64,000 nucleotides of DNA from a virus, in IMG/VR virus record IMGVR_UViG_3300042503_000983, positions 8,943 through 72,942 of that record. One strand, written 5' to 3'. Position 1 is the first letter of the stretch. Each line of letters begins with the position of its first letter. This document shows positions 40,667 to 50,722 of the stretch, piece after piece. The position numbers and the translations under genes are program-made. The notes beneath the pieces were generated by a model, which was not told the origin of the DNA, did no database searches, and worked only from the letters and a program-made list of their open reading frames with translations.

Positions 40667-42460
40667 ATGTTAAAGAATAGAGGATTTCAATACGACTTCT
40701 TTGCAGAAGAGTGGTCATTTGATTGTAGTGCATGTGGAGAAAAACTTTATGCTCCAACCAAAAAACACATGGAAGGTAATTTCTGGATTCATACTCACTC
40801 AGATGATTGTTTAGGTGGATGGTAATGAATAAAGAAGAACTTGAAGAAGCACTTTCATATATAGATGAAGAAGTTATGGTAATGGATGGTTTTGAAGAAG
40901 CATTTATAGGACTATCCTTAAGATGTGGTCAGCCAACTCTTGCAACATACTCGTGGCAAAAAATGGTAGATGTTTTAATGGACAGAGATGACATGGAATA
41001 TGAAGAGGCAGTAGAATACATTTCTTACAACTGCCTTGGTGCTTGGATGGGAGAACTTACCCCAGTTGTAGTTCTACCTTTGGAGTTTTAATGTCTGATA
41101 AAAAAGAAGTATTTAATCAATGCTATATGTGTGAAGAAATGTTTATAGACATACTAGATTTAATCAATCACATTAAGACAGTACACAAAAATGAAACAGG
41201 AGTTTTTTAATGTCATTAGTTGCAAAAATTAAACAAATGTTGAAAGAGTACCAAGAAGAAAATGGAACTCTTGATGATAAAGAATATGAAAAGTTATTTG
41301 TGCATTTTTATTTACAGCATGAAGATGAGTACTTAAAGAAAAGAATTAGCTCTATTAGATCAGATGGAAAAAGTAGGAACTTTAGATGAAAGTTAGAATA
41401 AGCAAGAGAGAGTATTCAGACTATATCGAAAACGATACAGACATTGCCCTTGCAGCAGAGATGGCTGTTATAGTTGCAAAGTCAAACCCGATGGTTATTG
41501 GAGAGCCTGTTGCTGAAATTAGTCCAGGATGTCCTATGGGATATGCCAGACCAAAAGTAATTCTGAACTATGATATTATTAACCCTAGTGCCTTTGATAA
41601 ATTAAAAATGATTTTAACAGGAAAATCTTTAAATGATATTGTCAAAGAAATCAAGGGAGAAGTTTAAATGGATTTTGAATTACATCATGAAAAAGATGCT
41701 GGACCAATAGTTCGTTGGTTTGCAAATAAAATGTTAATCCTGTTGCATAAGGTTGAAAAGCCTTTGTATGACTATGCAGATATGTATACAGCAGTATGGG
41801 ATGACTATGAAGAAGATGTGGATCTTTATACTCCTCATAATCAAATGGCATTCTTTGATAACCTTGAACCACTGCCTCAGTTTGAGCACTTAACAGATGA
41901 CCTACTATAATGTGCGATGAAGTTTATTATTATAAAGATCAGGTAAGAGAGCTTCAAGCTATTAATGGTTTTGTTAAAAGAAACACCTTGCTTTCTGTGC
42001 AAAGTAGAATAGAATATGTTAGAGACGAACGAGTCAAATTAGGATTACCAGTTCATGGTGTCGCTATGGCTCTTGAAATAGTTAGGACAATGTTGAATGA
42101 AAAATAAAAAAGAAGTAAAAGATGCAAGAACAATAATTTATGAAAACAATTTATACACAGTAGATGAGTTTGTTAATAAATATTCTCAAGCTTTAAAGTC
42201 ATATTTACTTACAAGACAACTTGGAGATAAGAGCAAGAAGTCTCACATAGTTGATCTTGCGGTAGAAAATGCATCCTTTGCAGAATCTCTTTATATTTCA
42301 GTGGATAGTTTTAGATAATGTTTCTTACAAAGATGATTAGGTTTGCAGAAAAAATTGGCATGGACGTAGACGAACTTATGGAAATGACAGTCCTTGATGC
42401 CATAATGAAAATAGAAGATACAAGAACAATGTGGGCAGAATTAAAAAAGGATATTGGTTA
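40667..42460 (+). CDS. Run of about 9 small hypothetical genes
   Basis: Tightly packed ORFs, e.g. 40667-40825, 40807-41091, 41386-41667, 41668-41910, 41910-42107, 42097-42318. Confidence 0.55.
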
Positions 42461-42475
42461 AGGTATAATACTTAT

Positions 42476-43414
42476 ATGAATAAAATAATTGACATAAAGG
42501 TAATAGGATGCGGTGGCGGTGGAGTAAATGCCGTTAATAGCATGATCACTTCTGGTCTGTCTGGAGTAGAGTTTATTGGAATAAATACAGATGCTCAAGC
42601 ACTTCTACCAAGCTTAGCAGATGTAAAAATTGATATTGGAAAAGATAGAACTCGTGGTCTTGGTGCAGGTGCAGATCCAAACATTGGTAGGCTTTCTGCA
42701 AAAGACAGTGTAAATGAAATATCCGAAGTTGTTCATGGTGCAGACGTTGTTTTTGTAACTGCTGGAATGGGTGGTGGAACTGGAACTGGTTCTGCTCCAA
42801 TAGTTGCTAACTGTGCTAAAAAGGCTGGTGCATTAACTGTAGGCGTTGTAACTACCCCATTTGCATTTGAGGGAAAGAAAAGAATGAACAATGCCTTAGA
42901 AGGAATTAATAGTTTTAGTAAGGAAGTTGACACCCTTATAGTTATTCCAAATGAAAATTTAATTCAGATGCTTGATCCAAATATTTCTATGGAAGATGCA
43001 TTTAAAGAGGCTGATGACGTTCTTCTTAAAGCAGTAGCAGGTATTTCAGATCTAATTACTACACCTGGTCAAATTAATATTGACTTTGCAGATATAAAAA
43101 GGGTAATGAAAGATGCTGGTTCTGCTTTTATGGGAATTGGATACGCAGAGGGAGAGGATCGTGCTGAAGTTGCAGGTAATAAAGCAATTACTAGCCCTAT
43201 TCTTAATGTTGATTTGCATGGTGCTACTGGTGTCCTAATTTCAATCGCATCCTCTGGTCAAATAAAGATGCAAGAAGTAAATAAAATTGCATCCCTTGTA
43301 GGAGATAAGGCACACGAAGATGCTGATATTATTTTTGGAACAGTTTTAGATGAAGATTTAGAAGACGGAATTTTAGTAACGGTAGTAGCTACAGGATTTG
43401 TTGGCAGTGAATAA
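42476..43414 (+). CDS. ftsZ: FtsZ (GTPase core only, 312 aa)
   Basis: GGGGVNAVN, NTDAQAL, GLGAGA, GGGTGTG, PFAFEG, NIDFADIK, VVATGF; ATG 6 nt after TATAAT. Confidence 0.93.
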   Translation: MNKIIDIKVIGCGGGGVNAVNSMITSGLSGVEFIGINTDAQALLPSLADVKIDIGKDRTRGLGAGADPNIGRLSAKDSVNEISEVVHGADVVFVTAGMGGGTGTGSAPIVANCAKKAGALTVGVVTTPFAFEGKKRMNNALEGINSFSKEVDTLIVIPNENLIQMLDPNISMEDAFKEADDVLLKAVAGISDLITTPGQINIDFADIKRVMKDAGSAFMGIGYAEGEDRAEVAGNKAITSPILNVDLHGATGVLISIASSGQIKMQEVNKIASLVGDKAHEDADIIFGTVLDEDLEDGILVTVVATGFVGSE

Positions 43415-44144
43415 TTTAGTAGAAAAAAATACTCAATACGGATACATGTCTTATTTTAAAAATGATATGGCATTTGCAGATAGCCTAAATGCTGGACAAG
43501 TTTATGAACAAGACTTTGTAATGGAATTTTTGCAGGACGTAGTTAAGTCTAGTAAAACTATTTTAGATATAGGATCCCACGCTGGATCTCATACAGTATT
43601 ATATAAGCATATAAATCCAGATTGTAAAATATACTGCTTTGAACCTCAGTCAGAAATGTTCAAACTACTTGAGCATAATATTTCTAAAAACTCTTTTAAA
43701 GATGTTATTGCTCATAACAAAGGGGTAGCCAATGTAGCAATTAAATCAAGCATGAGCAAGTCCGTTCTTGATGGTGATAATGTTGGAAAAGCTATTGAGT
43801 ATGGGACTGGTAAAAGATTTAATTTAGGTGGGCTACAGGTAGGAAATGGTGGAGAAGAAATTGAAACCCTTACTGTTGATAGTTTAAATCTTACTGAGTG
43901 TGACTATATTAAAATTGACGTTGAAGGCTTTGAACCACTTGTTTTGATGGGGGCAGAACAAACAATAAAAAAGTTTAAGCCAACTATATTGTTTGAGTCT
44001 AATCACAAGGTTATTTCAAAAGAAATGGCTGAAAGTTTTGGACTTTCTTATCCAGTAGCAAGTTCATTTGACATCTTAAAATCGTATGGGTATAAAGACA
44101 TAGTTTTAATTGACGGTCTTTGGAATTATTTAGCTAGGTATTAG
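43398..44144 (+). CDS. FkbM-family methyltransferase
   Basis: LDIGSHAG, FEP, IKIDVEGFE. Confidence 0.85.
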   Translation: MLAVNNLVEKNTQYGYMSYFKNDMAFADSLNAGQVYEQDFVMEFLQDVVKSSKTILDIGSHAGSHTVLYKHINPDCKIYCFEPQSEMFKLLEHNISKNSFKDVIAHNKGVANVAIKSSMSKSVLDGDNVGKAIEYGTGKRFNLGGLQVGNGGEEIETLTVDSLNLTECDYIKIDVEGFEPLVLMGAEQTIKKFKPTILFESNHKVISKEMAESFGLSYPVASSFDILKSYGYKDIVLIDGLWNYLARY

Positions 44145-44152
44145 GTTAATAT

Positions 44153-45055
44153 ATGCTATTTGATAATACAGGAAAAAATGTTGTAAACAATTTAAATGAA
44201 AACTATATTAGAAAAACCCTTGTTCCGTTAAAACACCACTTTAATTTTTCTGAAACCAAACTATTGTACGATGAAAAAGATTTATATTTTAACATGAGCT
44301 TAATCTCTTTTGAAAATGAACTTCACTATGCTGTTAGAGGAGGTCACAAACATATTGGAAAAATGTATTTACATCCAGAGTTTACTAGCACTGTTCATGT
44401 TGGAGTAGTTGACGAAGCTATAAAAAATAGAAGGCAGATAAATGTTACATTCCCTAAAGTAAAAAATGGAACACTTGGAATGGAAGACCCTAGAATATTT
44501 GAATGGAAAAACAAACTATTCTTTTCTGGAGACATTCCTTTTAACTTAAGAGGCAGAAGTCAAAAAAATGCTTTTGTAAATATTGAAACTAATGAGTGTG
44601 AAGTTTTTGTAGACCCACTCAATAGAAAGATGAGTAAAAATTGGATGCCATATGTAAATGAAGATAATCTTTATTTTGTTATTGATGTTTTACCAACAAG
44701 AATTTTAGACACAAAAACAAGGAAGGCTCAGGCTTATAATGATAAGGTTGTTACAAACACACCAGTCTATGGTGGTCCAAGAATTATAAACATAGATGGG
44801 ATTAAAACTTCAATCGTTCATGGAAGAGCTAACAATGCTTACTGGCACTCTATAGCTCAGTGGGATGATAATTGGAATTTAAAAATTTCTGATCCTTTTT
44901 ATTTTACCAAGCCTGGAGTTGAATTTTGCACAGGATACGAAGTTCATAATGGAAAACTATATTTTACATATTCAGAGTATGATGATGGAGTTGTGTTGTG
45001 CAGCATAGATCTTGATTCATTTTTAAATAGTGCTATTTGGAGCAGAAATGTTTAA
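44153..45055 (+). CDS. Beta-propeller glycoside hydrolase/phosphorylase-like protein
   Basis: EDPRIF and KNWMPY motifs as in GH130-like folds. Confidence 0.55.
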   Translation: MLFDNTGKNVVNNLNENYIRKTLVPLKHHFNFSETKLLYDEKDLYFNMSLISFENELHYAVRGGHKHIGKMYLHPEFTSTVHVGVVDEAIKNRRQINVTFPKVKNGTLGMEDPRIFEWKNKLFFSGDIPFNLRGRSQKNAFVNIETNECEVFVDPLNRKMSKNWMPYVNEDNLYFVIDVLPTRILDTKTRKAQAYNDKVVTNTPVYGGPRIINIDGIKTSIVHGRANNAYWHSIAQWDDNWNLKISDPFYFTKPGVEFCTGYEVHNGKLYFTYSEYDDGVVLCSIDLDSFLNSAIWSRNV

Positions 45056-45812
45056 AGAAATAGATTATAACAAGCACTTTGTTATTGGTACACCGCTCGT
45101 TGGATGGAAAGTTGACAGAAAAGAACACCTTGCCTGGATTCAAGATAGTAAAGAAATATTGGAAAGGTTTCCAAATGCAAAATTTTTTGCTGCTCTTGAG
45201 TTAGACTCTAGAGGAGAACAAGTTTTTTATGAAATTATAGATAGACTAAAAGATATAGATGGAGAGTATTGGACGTACTCAATAAATGATAAGGAAAGTA
45301 TAGTTACCTCTTATAATAGATGGATAAGAATTGAAACTGGTAGAAATCTTATTAGAGAGTTTGCACAAAGACATAGAAAAATGTCAGGACATCATTGGGG
45401 AGAAAATTCTTCAAAAGAAAATAAGGGTGCAATAAACTATGATGCAATTTTATATGTTGATTCAGATACAATAGTTAATGTAGAAATTATTGAAAAAATG
45501 ATGGAAATAGATCATCCAGTTGTAAGCGTAAACGTACCAGCTTATGGTTTAAAAGGTAAAGTTATAAATGAAAATCCAAGAATAGAAGAGCATTGGAATA
45601 CTGCTGGAATGTTATTAGTAAATTCTCCAGCTTTTTATGACCTTTCTTGGGGGTATAATGCTATAGAAAATTTGAGTGACGATCCAACTTTTCAAAACCA
45701 TGCAGAAAGACTTGGATATGGGCAAACTTGGGTTAGGAAAGACATCAATGCAAAGCATATTGGAAAATTACTTCCAGTAGAAAATAGAAGAATTCCTCCT
45801 AGAGATCTATAG
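45048..45812 (+). CDS. GT-A fold glycosyltransferase-like protein
   Basis: GRNLIRE, ILYVDSD (DxD), SDDP. Confidence 0.55.
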   Translation: MFKEIDYNKHFVIGTPLVGWKVDRKEHLAWIQDSKEILERFPNAKFFAALELDSRGEQVFYEIIDRLKDIDGEYWTYSINDKESIVTSYNRWIRIETGRNLIREFAQRHRKMSGHHWGENSSKENKGAINYDAILYVDSDTIVNVEIIEKMMEIDHPVVSVNVPAYGLKGKVINENPRIEEHWNTAGMLLVNSPAFYDLSWGYNAIENLSDDPTFQNHAERLGYGQTWVRKDINAKHIGKLLPVENRRIPPRDL

Positions 45813-45830
45813 ATTTCCTTAGGATGGGAA

Positions 45831-45859
45831 ACGACCTAGACAAGTCGTAAAACTGTCTA
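45831..45859 (+). ncRNA. Compact H-type pseudoknot, copy A
   Basis: ACGAC-C-TAGACA-A-GTCGT-AAAAC-TGTCTA. Confidence 0.55.
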
Positions 45860-45885
45860 ATTTTTATTTATGATAAACTAGATAG

Positions 45886-46395
45886 ATGCACAAAAAGTTT
45901 TTAGCCTTTATATTTTCAATAGTCTTAGTTTTTTCTTATATTCCACCAGCAAATGCTTCTTCAGATTCTATAAGATACAAGACGGAAAGTAATCAAACAA
46001 TTAAAAAGGGTAAGTGGACAACTTTAAGATTTGATGGTGGAAAAACAGCAATTCAGGGTAATGGAAAAAGATCTTTGTTTTGTTATCAAGCTGGTATTGA
46101 TACAAAGGGAAAGAAAAAGCCTTCATATATTAAGTTAAGAATAACTAGAATAGTTCCAGGACCAAATGATCCTAGTGCAACAAATACATACTTCTTTACA
46201 GATAAGCCAGGAAGTAAGTTTGTTGCATCTAATTGTTGGAACATTGTAACTAAGCATCCAGTAGTTGTTCAAATAAGAATTGTTGGCGGAAGTAAAACAT
46301 ATAACTCTGACATAAGACAATTTAAAATGTGGACACCTAATGCAGAATATCCATCAGACTTTTCTGACTTTATGCCTGAAACAACCATTAATTAG
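45886..46395 (+). CDS. Secreted basic protein
   Basis: Signal peptide ending ANA; leaderless start. Confidence 0.6.
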   Translation: MHKKFLAFIFSIVLVFSYIPPANASSDSIRYKTESNQTIKKGKWTTLRFDGGKTAIQGNGKRSLFCYQAGIDTKGKKKPSYIKLRITRIVPGPNDPSATNTYFFTDKPGSKFVASNCWNIVTKHPVVVQIRIVGGSKTYNSDIRQFKMWTPNAEYPSDFSDFMPETTIN

Positions 46396-46456
46396 TTTAT
46401 TAGTAATGATATAATAGATTTGTTAGATACGTCTAACGAGGAGTCTATGCAATAAA

Positions 46457-48019
46457 TTGAAGAAAATCTTTTCCTACCTACTATTAATTCCAATGATTTT
46501 AATTGGTACGATGTTTTTAGCATCTCCAATTACACAAGCAAATACTCCTCTTACTTGTAATATGTCTACTATTACTGGTGATGACGATGGATCATTTGAA
46601 ATGCTATTGCCTTTTTCTTTAAAGCTTGGACCAACAGAATATAATAGAATTTATTACAGTACTAATGCAACTGTAACCTTTGGTCAGCCAGATGGAACTT
46701 TTCACGACTACCCTCAGACCCCTTCTGTTTCTGTAGCAGGTAGAGACTGGGTATCTTTTGGAGAAGGTGCATATACTTCATACGGATATAATCAAAACTC
46801 TTTTTGTATAGAATGGTCAGTTCGCCCATTTCCACAATCAAGTGGTCCACTAACTCAAATTAGATTGGTTGTAAATAAATTTACTAATGGTAACTGGCAT
46901 GGTGAAATTACTACAATGACAGACCTTCCAGGAGATGCAAGAAGAGGAATTAGGTACGAGTATGGTCAGCCAGTTGTAACTATGGAAGCAGCCTTTGACG
47001 TTGGCAACGGAGGAATTCCAGTTGAAGTTGAACCTGCACCAACCCCATCAAGTTTTACAGAACCACCTGCAATTCCAACTCAATGTTGGGATGGTAGTAC
47101 GGTTTATTCTCCTACCACTTGCCCTACAGAACCAGCCCCTACTGAATGTTGGGACGGGTCTTCTGTTACTTGGAGAGATACTTGCCCTCCTACACCACCA
47201 GATGTAGTTTGCTGGAACGATGAGGTGGTTCCTTGGAATCAATCCTGTCCACAAGTTCCACCATTAGTTGAGTGTTGGAATGGAACATCTGTAAACTGGA
47301 ACGAACAATGTCCAGTTCAGCCAACACCTACGCCCAGCCCTGAGCCACAGCAGTCAGAATCACCAGAGCCAACAGTAGAACCGTCACCCCAGCCATCAGA
47401 GCCAAGCCCAGAGCCGTCAGAACCTGTTGTGCAACCTTCAGAAACTTCTTCACCTACTCCAACTCCTTCTTTAAGTCCCTCAGAATCTCCGTTGCAGCCT
47501 GTAGCACCTGTTGTAACTCCATCCCCAACTCCTGAGCCAGAGACTTCATCTCCAGAACCATCAGTTCCAGACTCAGATGAGAGTCCATCTCCTGATCCAA
47601 GTCCTTCATCCACTGATCTTCCATCTAATAATAATATCATAGATGGTCTAACAGCAGAGGAATCAGCTGCTTTAAATGAACTACTTACAGAGTATGGTCC
47701 AATGGATGCAATATCTTTTGAAGACTTTGAAGCATCAGGTCTTGACTATGAAGATTTGCCACCAGATCAGCCAGTTATGTTAGATAACGGAGTTATTCTT
47801 ACAGCAGAAGTTGCGGATGCAATTGAGATGTTTGAAAATCCCTCTGAATTACTACTAACAGTTTTAACTGATCCAGGTAAGGCATTAAAAGCTTTTGCTA
47901 ATGTTGGTGCAGACATGACACCAGAACAACGCAAAGAATCGCAAGCTGTAGTTGTTGCTTCTGTAATTGTTGGACAATTAATAGCATCAACTAATTTAAT
48001 AACAGGGAGGATAAGATAA
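46457..48019 (+). CDS. Exported/membrane protein with four CW(D/N)x repeats and Pro/Ser/Thr linker
   Basis: Signal peptide, repeats, C-terminal hydrophobic segment. Confidence 0.7.
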   Translation: MKKIFSYLLLIPMILIGTMFLASPITQANTPLTCNMSTITGDDDGSFEMLLPFSLKLGPTEYNRIYYSTNATVTFGQPDGTFHDYPQTPSVSVAGRDWVSFGEGAYTSYGYNQNSFCIEWSVRPFPQSSGPLTQIRLVVNKFTNGNWHGEITTMTDLPGDARRGIRYEYGQPVVTMEAAFDVGNGGIPVEVEPAPTPSSFTEPPAIPTQCWDGSTVYSPTTCPTEPAPTECWDGSSVTWRDTCPPTPPDVVCWNDEVVPWNQSCPQVPPLVECWNGTSVNWNEQCPVQPTPTPSPEPQQSESPEPTVEPSPQPSEPSPEPSEPVVQPSETSSPTPTPSLSPSESPLQPVAPVVTPSPTPEPETSSPEPSVPDSDESPSPDPSPSSTDLPSNNNIIDGLTAEESAALNELLTEYGPMDAISFEDFEASGLDYEDLPPDQPVMLDNGVILTAEVADAIEMFENPSELLLTVLTDPGKALKAFANVGADMTPEQRKESQAVVVASVIVGQLIASTNLITGRIR

Positions 48020-48216
48020 TGAAGAAATGGTTAAAAGATAAGTTTCGTGAAACACTAAACCAAACATTTACCCTTCTTGGTATGTTCGTAGCATGGGCAG
48101 TCCTTGATGGGTCTGCTAAAACAGTAGTAGGATGGGCAATTGTAGTATGCGTAATCATATGGTTATTTTCAATGAAATTCAGAGAACAAGAGGAGGAAAA
48201 AAATGACAAAGAATAA
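48019..48216 (+). CDS. Small 2-TM membrane protein
   Basis: Hydropathy by eye; coupled ORF. Confidence 0.6.
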   Translation: MKKWLKDKFRETLNQTFTLLGMFVAWAVLDGSAKTVVGWAIVVCVIIWLFSMKFREQEEEKNDKE

Positions 48217-48481
48217 AGAAGAAGTTATTGGATCAACATCAGTAACAAATGTCTGGAACATATTTTTTAGAATAGTTGCAGTATTTGCTGCATCTGGACT
48301 TTCAATCATTGGTGCAGGTTCTTTAGTTGGAATTGATACACTAACAGCCGTAATTATGGCTGGAACTCTTGGAGTTGCAACGGTAGTAGAAAAACTTGCT
48401 AGAGCTTTTCTAGATGATGGCAAGTTAAGTGCTAAAGAAATTAATTCAGCATTTAGTTCAGTAGACAAGAAAGCAGAATAG
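48203..48481 (+). CDS. Holin-like 2-TM protein
   Basis: Two TM segments directly upstream of the M23 peptidase. Confidence 0.5.
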   Translation: MTKNKEEVIGSTSVTNVWNIFFRIVAVFAASGLSIIGAGSLVGIDTLTAVIMAGTLGVATVVEKLARAFLDDGKLSAKEINSAFSSVDKKAE

Positions 48482-48544
48482 TAAGTAGGCTATAATAGAG
48501 TAGGGGAGTCCTCCAAAGGGCTCCCTTATTTTATAAAAAAGGAA

Positions 48545-48943
48545 ATGATTCAAATGGGTTCACCAATTGTTGGAGGTAAGGTTACAACACCTTACAAGAA
48601 GCTTGGAAAAATGTGGAGCAAAGGCTATCACACAGGCGTAGACTATGCTTGCAAAGTTGGAACAGACATTGTTGCTGTTGCTGATGGCAAGATTGAAAAT
48701 GCTACCTGGGGAGCCAGCTATGGCACTCAGTTAGTCCAGAAAGTTGAGGGTGGATGGGTAATCTATGCACACCTTTCAAAGGCTCTAGTTAAGGCTGGAG
48801 ACACAGTAAAGAAGGGGCAGCATATTGCTGAGTCTGGTAATACAGGCAACTCTTCAGGTCCTCATCTTCACTTTGAAATGAGAGATAATATTAGATGGAG
48901 TGCAGGTAAAGACATTGATCCTGCTAAGATTCTTGCATCTTAA
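48545..48943 (+). CDS. M23 peptidase (endolysin-like)
   Basis: HTGVD, YAHL, GNTGNSSGPHLHFE. Confidence 0.9.
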   Translation: MIQMGSPIVGGKVTTPYKKLGKMWSKGYHTGVDYACKVGTDIVAVADGKIENATWGASYGTQLVQKVEGGWVIYAHLSKALVKAGDTVKKGQHIAESGNTGNSSGPHLHFEMRDNIRWSAGKDIDPAKILAS

Positions 48944-48961
48944 TATATCAAATTAACAATT

Positions 48962-48984
48962 GCCCCTAGAAATAGGGGCTTTTG
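48962..48984 (+). terminator. Intrinsic terminator
   Basis: GCCCCTA-GAAA-TAGGGGC-TTTT. Confidence 0.8.
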
Positions 48985-49059
48985 TATTTAATAAAACTAT
49001 TTATCATTTTGTTATAATAAAAACTTGATTTTATTAAGTATTAGTGGTATTCTAGAATA

Positions 49060-49599
49060 ATGCGTATCAGAACCTTGGTTCCGATTGCCCTTGTTGCGGT
49101 TCTTGCAATTGCATCCCTACCAACAAGCCACAGTCAGACCAGTGCTAATGCACCGCAAAATGTAGCAAGTATAATAAATCAAGATAGAAGTATCAGGATT
49201 GCTGAACTTGCAACATATGATAAAGAAAAGAAGAAAGAAAAAACTAGAGGTAATGAAAAAGCTTCTAGATCCAAGAGAGCTAACTCTCTTGCTGCTAAAG
49301 CTAATCAAGCTTTTGCAAAGTCCTATATGGAGTCTAAATACTCTTGGGGCGAAGACCAGCACTCTTGCCTTGTGAATCTATGGAATCGTGAAAGTGGGTG
49401 GAGGCATACTGCTGACAACCCAACTTCAAGTGCCTATGGAATTCCACAAGCCTTGCCTGGAAAGAAAATGGCAAGTGCAGGGGCAGATTGGAGAACAAAT
49501 CCAGAAACACAAATCAAATGGGGTCTAAAGTATATTAAGCATAGATACGAGACCCCCTGTGGAGCATGGGGTGCATTCAAGAAAAAGGGCTGGTATTAA
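49060..49599 (+). CDS. Secreted lytic transglycosylase (SLT-like)
   Basis: Signal peptide; LWNRESGW, AYGIPQALP, QIKWGLKYI..RY. Confidence 0.85.
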   Translation: MRIRTLVPIALVAVLAIASLPTSHSQTSANAPQNVASIINQDRSIRIAELATYDKEKKKEKTRGNEKASRSKRANSLAAKANQAFAKSYMESKYSWGEDQHSCLVNLWNRESGWRHTADNPTSSAYGIPQALPGKKMASAGADWRTNPETQIKWGLKYIKHRYETPCGAWGAFKKKGWY

Positions 49600-49616
49600 T
49601 TTACTAGTTTAATTAG

Positions 49617-49646
49617 ATGTCCTGAGCAAAGACATTAAACTGCTCA
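49617..49646 (+). ncRNA. Compact H-type pseudoknot, copy B
   Basis: ATGTC-C-TGAGCA-AA-GACAT-TAAAC-TGCTCA. Confidence 0.55.
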
Positions 49647-49653
49647 TTTAAAC

Positions 49654-49682
49654 TTGACAAAGCAAAGGATATGGTGTAAAAT
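49654..49682 (+). promoter_or_regulatory. Sigma-A promoter, leaderless transcript
   Basis: TTGACA-N17-TAAAAT, ATG at 49689. Confidence 0.7.
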
Positions 49683-49858
49683 CTAGGTATGGATAAATTA
49701 AAAATTATTATTGAAGAACCAAGTGGGTCAAGACGATCATTTTTTTATAACGTAAAAGATGAGGCAGAAGCAAAAGATATTGTAAAAGGTATTAAAAAAG
49801 ACCTTAAGCCAAACTTTAGCCTAGCCTCTTGGAGCTATAAAGAAGACAAGGATAAGAA

Positions 49859-50125
49859 GTGAAGACGGAAGTAATTGACTTTTGGGCTACATGGTGTGGT
49901 CCTTGTAAACTTATGAATCCAATTCTTGACGAGGTAGAAAAAGAATATTCTGATTTAACCATTACAAGAGTTGATATTGATTCTGACAAAGATATGGTTG
50001 AGCAGTATAAAATTCAGTCAGTTCCTACATATGTTATTCTAAAAGATGGCAAAGAAGTAGATCGTATTATTGGTGCAAAGCCTAAGTTTGCTTTCTTAAA
50101 GAGGGTGTTCCCAGAAAATGGCTGA
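49859..50125 (+). CDS. trxA: Thioredoxin
   Basis: DFWATWCGPCK, SVPT. Confidence 0.9.
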   Translation: MKTEVIDFWATWCGPCKLMNPILDEVEKEYSDLTITRVDIDSDKDMVEQYKIQSVPTYVILKDGKEVDRIIGAKPKFAFLKRVFPENG

Positions 50126-50248
50126 GATTATTTTATTAGCAATATTGGTAACAAATATATTTATTCTTAATGAGATTAAGGAATATGTATTAGATCAAAA
50201 GTCTAAAGAAAAAGAAAAAGATTCTATCCTTAGAAAGGGATTAATGTA

Positions 50249-50446
50249 ATGTCAAATACACTAGAGATGTTGGTTCAAGAATTGCAAAATCGTATTGGTC
50301 AAATTACAAGCCAGTATGAAACCCAGTTAGCACTGCTAAAGGTACAGGCAAATGAAGCCCTTCAATCAAAAGATGCTGAAATTACTCAACTAAAGCAGTT
50401 AAATGAAAGTAAACTTCACGTTGAATCATCAAAGAAAGAAAAGTAA
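50249..50446 (+). CDS. Small coiled-coil protein
   Basis: Heptad pattern. Confidence 0.5.
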   Translation: MSNTLEMLVQELQNRIGQITSQYETQLALLKVQANEALQSKDAEITQLKQLNESKLHVESSKKEK

Positions 50447-50585
50447 ATGGGAAAACATCACGATAAAGTTGCAAAAGCTTTAGAGATTCGTATTAAGAAT
50501 GTTCCTAATAGAGGTGGGTATAATACTCCTGGATCTATGAACAAGAAAAAAACTGGTTACGCCAAGAATCGTTAATCCAGTCCAA

Positions 50586-50658
50586 TCCCCAATAGCTCAA
50601 TCGGCAGAGCGTCAAACTGTTAATTTGAATGTTCCTAGTTCAAGTCTAGGTTGGGGAG
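50586..50658 (+). tRNA. tRNA-Asn(GTT)
   Basis: Cloverleaf: TCCCCAA/TTGGGGA, anticodon loop CT-GTT-AA, TTCAA T-loop; CCA not encoded. Confidence 0.92.
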
Positions 50659-50722
50659 CAGCAGTATATGTTTGTCAGTTGCATATACTCCCACATGTTA
50701 GATGGCATGGCAAACTGACTTC

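Noticed and set aside
49617-49646. CUGAGCA...AAAC as a hammerhead ribozyme core
   Set aside because: Does not fit CUGAnGA/GAAA, lacks three stems, and copy A (CUAGACA) breaks the core while preserving pseudoknot pairing
50659-50722. Theta/HDV-like ribozyme call for the tRNA spacer
   Set aside because: No convincing P3/L3 or P1.1 could be fitted by eye; kept only as an unassigned structure
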